In this document: piece by piece, positions 54,050-64,000 of the stretch
How the letters are laid out: every line of letters starts with the position of its first letter
How positions within the stretch are numbered: position 1 is the first letter of the stretch
Assembly (NCBI GenBank): GCA_030141605.1
Contig: JAQGDQ010001022.1
Location: 1 to 64,000, forward strand
DNA length: 64,000 nt
DNA from: Tubiluchus corallicola
Lineage: Eukaryota > Animalia > Priapulida
Direction of reading: 5' to 3'
The notes under the pieces: generated by a model
What the model saw: the letters and a program-made list of their open reading frames with translations, nothing else
Databases searched by the model: none
Told to the model about the DNA's origin: nothing
Made by a program: the position numbers and the translations under genes

Positions 54050-54375
54050 CATAAATACCTGTCTCCACGAATGTACCTAGAGGAAGTGACATACCTGCCT
54101 TAAGAAGCAACAAAATGATTGGGAGCAAGTGGCTCTGGGTCCTTATGATCATTTGATACGGTGATAATAGGTCTACTATTTATTATACATTCGACGTGAC
54201 AAATCAGAGTACACAGAGACTCATCGTTAAGAATCTGTTCATCTGCAACCGATGCAATAACCTTCCTAATTGTACGAACCATCCTTTCCCATACACCCAC
54301 TTGATGCGATGCTGCATTGAAAATCCATTCGACTCCTCGTTGATGCAGTGCTTCCCCAATTTTGGACTGTAAGCA
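54050..54375 (-). mobile_element. BEL/Pao LTR retrotransposon integrase fragment
   Basis: GVEWIFNAASHQVGVWERMVRTIRK...L.TL...VE.IINSRP......D.EPL.PNHF is the BEL/Pao integrase signature. Confidence 0.85.
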
Positions 54376-54431
54376 GCCGAACCCCGACTCTCAAGTTCCT
54401 ACTGATGACTCCAAAAACCTGTATTTGTATT

Positions 54432-55207
54432 TGTTTTTTGTCTTCCTTATTCCTTTCATAATATATTCCTTGCAAAATATTATAACTATACGTATACAAA
54501 ATTTCTCTCCATTAATACAAACTATTTTATGATTATAATTACACTCCTACAAAAATGAGAATATAATCACCTCTCAAAAAACTAAAACTGTAATATGTAA
54601 ACCTACTCCCATGACCTTCTTTCTCCAAACTGTTTTTTAGTGCTACCCTGTTCTTACTGACATACCTAACTTTTCCTTTTTCGCATTTATTACATAATTC
54701 TTTTCTCTCTAGTACAAACTACATATACTAACAAATGCCAGGTGCCACTTGCTGGTCGGCCGCTGCTTTGCGATATGCTTCAATACAACCTAAAGACGCG
54801 TGCTCGTATCTAACATAACCTCTGTGGTTATCGCATTTCTAGGACCAATTTTTACATTGGTTTTCATAAATAATAATAACGATGATGATAATGATGGTGG
54901 TGGTGATGATGATGATGGCGATGGCGAATGTGATGGTGATGGTGATGCTGATGATGATGATGATGGCGATGGCGATGATGATGGCAGTGATGGTGATGAT
55001 GCTGATGGTGGTGATGATGATGCTGATGGTGATGGTGGTGGTAGTGATGATGATGATGATGATGGTGATGGTGATGATGATGGTAGTGGTGGTGATGATG
55101 ATGATGATGGTGATGCTGATGGTGATGATGATGATGATGTTGATGGTGATGGTGATGGTGGTGATGATGGTGTTGATGATGATGATGATGGTGGTTTTCA
55201 TAAACAA
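54432..55207 (+). mobile_element. Dispersed repeat with internal GAT/GGT triplet tract (copy 2)
   Basis: Reverse complement of 7085-7790. Confidence 0.8.
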
Positions 55208-56224
55208 ATCATCAAATGACGTGAATTTCATTTTATCACCGGATTTCCGTAGATTTCATTTAAAACTAAGTTACAAAAACATCTAATTCCAAAATAAAGT
55301 TCCAAAGTTTTAATTACGCAAGTTTTTTAGAGCGAGAAAAACAACTAAAGTAAAAGTCACACCTCCCCAAAATAAAGTTCCTTCTCAAACGGATATCAAT
55401 CCACGAATTTTGAGAAAAAAGTAGGACCAATTAGACTAATTATTGTGCAAATACATTAATATAACTACAGACTTGTGGACATCAAAGATCTGTTCATTCG
55501 CTCATTCGTTCATTCCTTCGTTCATTCATTCATAAATTCATTCACTCACTCAACTTCGTTTGTTCGTCCATTCGTTCATTCGTTCTTCTGTCACTCAGTC
55601 ATTCACTGATGTAATCATCAAAGATGTTGCTTTTACGTTTTTTGTGGTCGTTCTTTGTGAGTGCGCCGCACACTCAAATGTTATTGGTAGCTCTAACGTT
55701 TCCCAAATCCCTGTGTTTACACACAAGAATCTTGAAAGTGTCGAAAGAAATGAAACCAAATGAAGATTATCCAAAGCCAGAAGATGCGAGTATCGTCACT
55801 CAAAAGACTTCACAAAACAAAATATTTACGGGAAGCCATTTACGTCTTAAGCGTTCGTGTCGACGTGTTACCAAGCAAAGCAGAAAGAAACCCCAGCACA
55901 ACGCTAAATCCAGGATTCCCAGTTTTCATTTAGCTGCCCCGCCGAAGGTATATCGTCTGTCATCAATGGAATTTAACAGGAATAGGAGCTAAGCTGCTAT
56001 TTGTGGTTCAACATACTGAAAGCATCAGCCAATGACAGTTTAGAACACGCTGTTGATCGTTTGACAGTTCGTTTCACTATGCAGGCATAGATCACATGAA
56101 CTGTTTTGCCTTCAGGAACACGTAGTTCCGGCGACCGTGTTTCCTTGCGTGTCAGTTCTGATAACCAGGATTATTTGTATATTTCTTGACTATGTAAAAG
56201 GTCACAGACTTCTACCAATCAAGT

Positions 56225-56455
56225 AGTTAGTTGGTTGGTTAGTTAGTTAGTAAGTCAGTCAGTCATTTAGTGTGTCAGTTATTTATTTATTTAGTTAGTT
56301 AGTTAGTAAGTAAGTAAGTAAGTAAGTAAGTACGTAAGTAAGTAAGTAAGTAAGTCAGTCAGTCAGTCAGTCAGTCAGTCAGTCAGTCAGTCAGTCAGTC
56401 AGTCAGTCAGTCAGTCAGTCAGTCAGTCAGTCAGTCAGTGAGTCAAGCAGGCGGG

Positions 56456-56487
<32 letters not shown>

Positions 56488-56498
56488 CAAGCAGTCAG
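56225..56498. repeat. Compound tetramer microsatellite (AGTT/AAGT/AGTC/AGGC)
   Basis: Direct reading. Confidence 0.93.
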
Positions 56499-56504
56499 TA
56501 AGTT

Positions 56505-56910
56505 TTCTCTCCGACAGCTGCTGCAAATTGATTTCCTGCAAGTTACTGTCTAGTGTGAACGCCTCAGCAAGTAACTCTCTTCACTTCTCGCATTGATCAG
56601 AGAAGAGGGTGTCAGCTCGCGTTTTCTGTCGGAGAGTAACTCGCAAGTGTGAACTGCTTGCGAGTTACTGTCGGTAAGAAATTGCAAACTCTCCGACAGC
56701 CGCTGCGAATTGATTTCCTGCGAGTTACTCTCTAGTGTGAACGCCTCAGCAAGTAACTCTCTTCACTTCTCGCATTGATCAGAGAAGAGGGTGTCAGCTC
56801 GCGTTTTCTGTCGGAGAGTAACTAGCAGCAAGTTTTGCTCTCTTGTGTGAACACATTTGTGAGTTAATTGGCGAGTTAACCTGGTGAAAAAACTCACTAG
56901 TCTGAACGCA
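56505..56910. mobile_element. Palindrome-rich element with a 183-bp tandem duplication; possible PIF/Harbinger MITE end
   Basis: 56507-56640 repeated at 56690-56823; each unit bounded by CTCTCCGACAG...CTGTCGGAGAG; recurring AGTGTGAACGC motif. Confidence 0.55.
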
Positions 56911-56922
56911 CACAACACCTAC

Positions 56923-57066
56923 CGTTTACGAGTTCTTGGGTTTTGACTTTCATACAACTAGACGTGTGACAGGGCACGTTGACCATGTAATGCGTTCTGT
57001 ACCACGGATCTCCACAACCTGGATTTGTAAGTGAATCACAGCTCCAACACATTATGGATCCATCCA
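56923..57066 (-). CDS. Ly6/three-finger gene B, internal exon (N-half of domain)
   Basis: tgtttgcag| acceptor and G|gtaggt donor; 144-nt phase 1-1 exon encoding DGSIMCWSCDSLTNPGCGDPWYRTHYMVNVPCHTSSCMKVKTQELVN; paralogous to 14972-15112; joins in frame to 39670. Confidence 0.88.
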
Positions 57067-57169
57067 CTGCAAACATACGATTAGAGTTAACTCAAATCAT
57101 AATGCAGCTTTTATTTCGCATCATGTGTTAAATGATGTAAAAGTGCAAAATTTACATCAATAATTAAAT

Positions 57170-58257
57170 TGAATGAATGAATGAACGAATGAACGAATGA
57201 ATGAATGAATGAATGAACGAATGAACGAATGAACGAATGAACGAATGAACGAATGAACGAATGAACGAATGAACGAATGAACGAATGAACAAATGAACAA
57301 ATGAATGAATGAATGAATGAATGAATGAATGAATGAATGAAAGAGTGAATGAATGAATGAATGAATGAATGAATGAATGAATGAATGAATGAATGAATGA
57401 ATGAATGAATGAATGAGTGAATGAATCAACGAATGAATGGGTGAATGAATGAATGAATGAATGAATGAATGAATGAATGAATGAATGAATGAATGAATGA
57501 ATGAATGAGTGAGTGAGTGAATGAATGACTGAATGAATCAACGAATGAATGGGTGAATGAATGAATGAATGAACGAATGAATGAATGAATGAATGAATGA
57601 ATGAATGAATGAATGAATGAATGAATGAATGAATGAATGAATGAATGAATGAATGAATGAATGAATGAATGAATGAATGAATGAATGAATGAATGGATGA
57701 ATGAATGAATGAATGAATGAATAAATGAATGGATGGATGGATGGATGAATGAATGAATGAATCAACGAATGAATGAATGAATGAATGAATTAATGAAGCA
57801 ACGAATGAATGAATGAATGAATGAATGAATGAATGAATGAATAAATGAATGAGTGAGTGAGTGAGTGAGTGAATAAATGAATGAATGAATTAATAAATGA
57901 ATGAATAAACAAACAAATGAATAAATGACTGAGCGAATGAACGAATTGGCAAATGAACGAGTGAATAAATGAATGAATGAATAAGTGAGTGACTGAGTGA
58001 CAGAAGAACAAATGAACGAATGGACGAACAAACGAACTTGAGTGAGTGAATGAAATTATGAATGAATGAACGAAGGAATGAACGAATGAAGGAATGAATG
58101 AATTTGCAAATGAATGAGTAAATAAATGAATGAATGAGTAAGTGAATGACTGAGTGACAGAAGAACGAATGAACGAATGGACGAACAAACGAACTTGAGT
58201 GAGTGAATGAATTTATGAATGAATGAACGAAGGAATGAGCGAATGAACAGATCTTTG
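57170..58257. repeat. (GAAT)n-based microsatellite with a degenerate higher-order part
   Basis: Direct reading. Confidence 0.96.
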
Positions 58258-58644
58258 GATGAATGACTTTTCGTGGAGTTTGCAAGTTTACTCAGTAAGC
58301 AAAGATACAGCACTGAATGACAATAAACATGGTGGAATTGAATCAATTGCTAAAGATAACGTTCTAAGATGTCCATTAAGATGTGTTCTAACAAACTGGG
58401 ACGGGTGTCTTAACCACTATATCTTCAGTCACGCCTACATCCTCGGCAAGAAAGAAATCGAGGAAAATATAACAGTCGAAATCGCACGATAATTACTCCT
58501 CACCCAGTCCCTTTCCATTCAACATCAATTCTGCGAAGCGTAAAATGTCTACCATGTTGTCTGGCAATGCATTACTTAATTATGATCAAAATGTTCGTGT
58601 ATTTAACTTAATTCAAAATTCTAATTGACGTTACTAAAAGATTT

Positions 58645-58830
58645 TTACCTAGAACCTTACCTAGTTCACGAAAAACAACTGAAGTTACAGAACTGATGCA
58701 GCAGACGGCTTTGCTTCACACACATGTTGTGTCGGTTGTAGTTAAGACGCATTGCTGTGGTGCACTTAATATTTGACCTACAGCAACTGCGCGTGCGCAC
58801 AAAGAAACTGTTAAAAGGTTATTGCTGTGT
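58645..58830 (-). mobile_element. Dispersed repeat family C fragment
   Basis: Matches 27320-27527 and the reverse of 45000-45130. Confidence 0.65.
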
Positions 58831-58951
58831 ATCAATGATTATTTTTGTTTGAAAAACAAAAATATGTTTTATAAAAAACACATAGAAGCTGTTTTGCGTT
58901 ACTTCATCTATCTATTTACTTATCTAGGATAGCTTAACGTTACTTAAATCT

Positions 58952-59071
58952 GGCTACGGCCAAATCACGTTGAAAACACAGGTTCTCGTCTGATCACCGA
59001 AGTTAAGCAACGTAGAGCCTGGTTAGTGCTTGGATGGATGACCGCCTAGGAATACCAGGTGATGTAGGCTT
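58952..59071 (+). rRNA. 5S rRNA-derived sequence (full length, probably SINE head or pseudogene)
   Basis: GGCTACGGCCAAATCACGTTGAAAACAC...GATCACCGAAGTTAAGC...TTGGATGGATGACCGCCTAGGAATACCAGGTGATGTAGGCTT, 120 nt; several departures from the metazoan consensus, solitary, no TTTT terminator. Confidence 0.85.
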
Positions 59072-59826
59072 GCGGGATGCCCACGCTGTATCTCGACACT
59101 AGGCGGAGGAGCTGCACAAGCAGCCAACAGCTAGAGGGGCGGAGGGGGGTCAAGTGACCCAACGGCCATGTGTAGAGGAGTAAACCTTCCAAATCAGGAG
59201 TGGAGCCCCGAAGGCGGACCAGTGCAGCATGCTCACTGACTCTGGTAGCTCCTGCAGCCAACCTGGTGCCAAACGTATCGCTCCGCTTTCCTTTGGACTA
59301 CACCAGGGAGGAATAGAGGGGGTTCCTGTTGTCTGGGCGACTCAAGATCTCCATACACCTTGCCCAGGGGTGCGCCCTGGAGAGGTCAAAAACTATAACT
59401 CTAGTCAGCTTCTAATGCTCAGAGATGCACTCGGAGCCTTTCATTCAAAATTTGCCTTGGCAAGTTCATTTTTCAGTCGGAAATGAATTGTCAAACATTG
59501 GCTGACGCAACATGTGGTTTCATAATGGAAGCCACGTGCATTTCATCCAAGTGTTATGAAACGTTAGCAGCGAAAGGGTTAAAATGCGTGAAACCCTGCG
59601 CGTATTCAATGAGATTCAATTATCGACTTATTTACGCTGCCTGCTATGATTTAATTCCTTTAATATACCAGGCTCAAGTAGCACCACTCTATAGCTTACA
59701 AATGAGTTATAGAAAATGTTGAGTTTGCCACAGCTTAGCACACACGAAGGTCAGTAATACATTCTGTGCTTGCTTGGGGTCTGACACACTGAATCTTACT
59801 TTGTCTGTCCAACTTCTTGCATATGT

Positions 59827-60158
59827 TTAAAGCAAAACCATATCAATCTCAAACTGTAGATCAAAAGAATCTACTCTTCAAAATATTGAAAAGAAACATA
59901 CCATTTTTTCAAGAATGACTTATGTGAAAGAATTATTACCACACAAACACAATTTCACGTTCGCGCCACTAGTTATTGGCTGTTACATGCATTTCGCTAT
60001 TCGCTAGTTAGACGAACACTAGCGCCTGCATTTCGGAAATGCATTGCACAAAAAACAGGCGTTGTACCTCTCAGTTCAGATGTGTTAGTTTGTGACGAAC
60101 TACACACGTTTGACAGCTCTTGTATGAGCACAGCGGCAAATTTGAAATTTGAATTTTT
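59827..60158 (+). mobile_element. Kolobok-like MITE family A, left part
   Basis: Starts TTAAAGCAAAACC; matches 7925-8350. Confidence 0.75.
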
Positions 60159-60369
60159 CAGTATCTTTTAACTCGCCGAGTTTTAGTACTTATTGCGCAC
60201 TGAGCTTGCATCAACAGCAGCGCCGTACAAAACTAAAAAAAGTTAAACTCCCACGATTACAACTAAGCGCAGCCTAATTTAACGTTAAACACGTTTAAAA
60301 CAAATTTAAGTAACATTGAATAAAGTTTTAAAAAATATCAGCCCTTTCGTAGCACACACTTCATTAACT

Positions 60370-60545
60370 ATCCAAAGGTATAAATCAGTATATCTTGCCA
60401 ACATTTTTTGGTGAATCAGTGGTGCACACTGGGAAGGTGAGTCGCTGACGTTTTACCAGTTGGAGCAATCATTTTAAACTTATTAAAATTACCAAGAATT
60501 CTAGTTGCATACGTCTTTCAAACAGGTAAGTGTAATGCAAAGTAA
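60370..60545 (-). mobile_element. Dispersed repeat family B fragment
   Basis: Reverse-complement similarity to 16050-16230. Confidence 0.6.
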
Positions 60546-60564
60546 TATCCACAGCAAGGCGTCT

Positions 60565-60880
60565 TAACTACGATGGTCACGTGACACGTGGGTAAAGCAA
60601 AACCATCTGCCGCCTCAGTTCAGTAACGTCAGTTATTTTACATAGACTTTACTTAATTATGCATTCGTTTGTGCGTAGAGTGATTTACTAGCAGGATCTT
60701 GCTTGCGAAAAAGAAAAAATGAACTAGGTAAGGTTCTAGCTAGCTGTTAAAACTGTTACTATTACAACAGATTGGACTAAGAGGTGCTGTCAAGTGTACA
60801 CAAATGTGTGGTTTGGAACACTCAACCGTTAACGTTTTCACGATCATCATCAATCGCTGGAACTGTGAAAAGGCTTATTG
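60565..60880 (+). mobile_element. Dispersed repeat family C
   Basis: Reverse complement of 27181-27495. Confidence 0.75.
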
Positions 60881-61379
60881 TGGTTTCCTTTGGATTATCG
60901 ATTTTTTTGTTTTATCTAAAGGTTTTATTTTGTAAAAACATTTTTTCTAACTGAACAGCCTCTAGTACAGTTGAATAATTAATGTATGATTTGGAAAGGG
61001 TGGCTGGAAAGGACAAATTAAAGTTTTTCCCACTCTGTTTTCAGACTACCAATGACAGGCATGTATGTTGTTAATTGAAAAACATACTTGTATATGTAAA
61101 ATTACTTATTATGTAAACTAGGTATCTCGTTACATATATTAGTTATTTTCTAATCTTCTCAATATTTCCTACCACCTTAATAGTTAATTATGTTCATTTA
61201 CTATTATACAAAAATTAATCTTTTCTATTCACAAATATTACCATTACAATCCTCTTCAGTTTTGCTTGGACGTCGCCATGTCAAATTATTGACTAATTCA
61301 GTCTAAAGTAATCCTATTTTCTTTAAACTAATAATCATTATGTCTTGTTACATTAATATAATAATAATAATAGTTACGT

Positions 61380-61722
61380 AAAATCATTTGCAAAAGTTTA
61401 AGACCAAAGTGATTTTTTCATGAAAATTGACAAAATCATCGTTTAACACGGTTCCATCTAAAAACTATTCATTTATTCTTCTAGAAAAATATACTACAGC
61501 ATAGTTTGTATGTTTTTATCCAAAAATAGTCACAGTCCTTGAACATTATAGTACTTTGTATGGCCACCGAAGTTGTCAATCACTGCCTTCATTCTAAGAG
61601 GCATACTGGAAATTAGGTTTTGGCAGTACTCGGAAGTAATTTCTTTAACCCAAACGTCCTTGATAACTCTTCACAAGTCTTCAGCACTTGATGGCTGCCT
61701 GTCTGTAATTTTTCTACGGGCC
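61380..61722 (-). mobile_element. Tc1/mariner transposase 3' fragment inserted in a family D repeat
   Basis: RRKITDRQPSSAEDL*RVIKDVWVKEITSEYCQNLISSMPLRMKAVIDNFGGHTKY is the Tc1 C-terminus (L..SMP.R..AVI...GG.TKY). Confidence 0.82.
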
Positions 61723-63632
61723 CCATGAATTAATTATACCATCTAATATGTAAGGGGAATGCATAACTGACCACTGGTCTTACACTTTCCTCACACAAAC
61801 AAAACTTGCTCATTGATAATATTAATTTTGAAACTGTCTTTTAGTTTTATGTGTGAAATAAAATATCATAGTTCAAAAAAGAATGTTTCCTTTAATAATT
61901 TGTGGAAGTTATACTCACCATACGTAAGCTGTATAACAAAAACGACGTACCAAGACTCAAAATTAATTGTTTGTTACACTGCGCATGCGTAACGATTTAC
62001 AAATAAACTTGATGAAAACACACTAAGTAGAAGAACAAACAAACAGACAGACTTATGGTGTTGGGCCAATCTCTAAATATTTCATCAACTCCATAAATTC
62101 GACAAAGAATGCCGAAAGTGCAAGTGCAAATAATCAATGCATTTTAATGTTGAAACATAGAGGAGCTTCAGCGGTAAAGTGTTAAGGCTGTTTCACGATA
62201 ATCGCTAAAGTTGAGATAAAGGGTTGTGCGGGGGCGGGATGATAACTTATTTAGCACGCCTGCGCGTTTACCCTTATATTTGCTAAGGATTATTAAGTTA
62301 CGGATCAGATTTTCGTGTGAACCTCAAACCTCTGCAAACTCTACAAAACAAATGCACTGATACAATCACCGTGAATGTCTATTGTTTCTGTACAAGTATT
62401 ATAATGGGCTCCTTCTTCCTACATTTGTCAATTGTTTAATTCCCGTTCAATTGTTTAACCCCCGTTCAACAAATCCATAACTATTTTACTCGTAGAACCG
62501 TTGGTAACTTTTATCCTTCTGTCATAGACACTAGTTGCGGTTACCGAAATCCTTCATATACTGCTATTCAACGATGGGCTCAAATTCCTCCTTGGGCAAA
62601 CGAATATTCATCAACATGCTTATGAATATTGATTTTATTGGTAAATAAAGATGACTATATATATGTATATTACTTATATCCCTGTTATAAGCTAGTTACC
62701 TTAGACCTTTGACTACCCTAGTAGCAATCAGGTAGGTAGCATATCTTAGGAAGCAATTAGACTACATTAAGATTGTCTGCAATTTCATATTACCATATAC
62801 ATTGTTCATTTTAAGACGTTTCTTCATTGGGCCATCGAAAGTGCTACACGTCTTGTGAATGGTTGATCTTCAAATCAGTGACGTATTTTAGAAGAAATGT
62901 TTTCTTGGGCAAAAAATTCATTAACAATGTTTTAAAAAGTTTATATTTGATTTCTTACCTAACCAGCTAAGTACTTATAACCTCATTTGTTTATATTGTT
63001 ACCATTAATTGTTTTTATATATAACTGAATTTTGTTTTAACTTTAAGACGTTTTGTATGTATTTCTCTGTCTGCACCGTGCATGTGTTTGCGCCGTCCAG
63101 TGGTGAGTTCCAAAACCTCAAGCTCCTACTCTCCTCGAGGCTAATTTGTACAATTTTCAAATCGTAGATACCTGTTTTTATTATCGTATTGTGATTAGCA
63201 TTAAGTATATAGTTGTAATGCTTTGTGTTGCAAATAAGCCAAATAAAAATATATTGAATTGAACTGAATTGAACCTGTGACGTGCTATAGCTAGTGGTGT
63301 TCTAAATGATATGCTATTTAACAGACTAGTGACTGCAGAATTAATGAAACAGTTTTGAAAACTGCCTTATGATGGACTCGTGTTTGTTGAGACGAGATCA
63401 TTATTAAAGCTCAGCGAAGAATCTGAGACGACACAGAATCCACAGTATCCGTTGAGAAAAAATGCTTCATTGCTGCCGCTGGAATTTTATTTACTTTGAG
63501 ATACAAGCTGCGCGCGACACACCTGTTTCATCATTAAACCAAGTAACACAAACTTTGATCACAGCTGCTGCAGCCTTAACTGGTTCTTTAAGAACAGTAG
63601 CACTTTTTAAAACTCTGCCAAAGGCCAGTTCC

Positions 63633-63972
63633 TTAAAGGAAGACACGATAAGTTTTCTTATACTACCGCATTTTCAAGTCCGATAAAAAGTATGCATTTT
63701 AATACAGTAAATACTGCAAAAGTGTTTCTGATAATTAGATAATAGATATAAAACTTAATAAACGGCGGGCGAGCCCAACTATTGATGACATCACAAACTA
63801 ACATAATTTTCAACAGGAAAAATATTCCACGAGCTTGTTGCACGTGTTTGCGGAAGAGAAAATTGAAGCACAGTGCTACTGTGAGATATTCAGTGTGTTG
63901 TACTAAAACTAGACAAGTTTTAAGATAAAAATTCAAATTTAAAATGTACCACTGTGCTCACGCATGAGCTGT
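63633..63972 (-). mobile_element. Kolobok-like MITE family A fragment
   Basis: TTAAAGGAAGACA terminus and family body. Confidence 0.75.
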
Positions 63973-64000
63973 CTTTATGCGACTGACAGTTTACCACCTT

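Noticed and set aside
52698-56923. In-frame Ly6-GPCR fusion by splicing exon 56923 into the GPCR
   Set aside because: The AG at 52711-52713 gives the wrong frame, and the AG at 52754-52756 is in frame but meets TAA before the GPCR ATG.
58952-59071. Functional 5S rRNA gene
   Set aside because: Solitary, with substitutions in conserved positions and no oligo-T terminator; reported as 5S-derived instead.

Overview
AT-rich, repeat-dense genomic DNA from an invertebrate animal (spliced genes, Dlx homeobox, metazoan-type 5S; not prokaryotic). Four protein-coding loci are supported. (1) The last coding exon of a Distal-less/Dlx gene (1434-1916,+). (2) A complete three-exon Ly6/three-finger (quiver/sleepless-like) GPI-anchored gene absent from the ORF track, join(6992..7055,14972..15112,30120..30337), ~140 aa, 10 Cys. 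(3) A convergent paralog on the minus strand (exons 56923..57066 and 39456..39670; first exon not located). (4) An intronless class A GPCR (51636-52697,-) nested on the same strand inside the 17-kb intron of that paralog. The introns hold TTAA-flanked Kolobok-like and 8-bp-TSD hAT MITEs, BEL/Pao-type solo LTRs with 5-bp TSDs, CR1/L2/RTE/Tc1/BEL fragments, a 5S-headed element, a ~1-kb fold-back CR1 palindrome, and many micro- and minisatellites, several seeded from retroelement sequence. Most ORF-track entries are translations of simple repeats. No CRISPR array.
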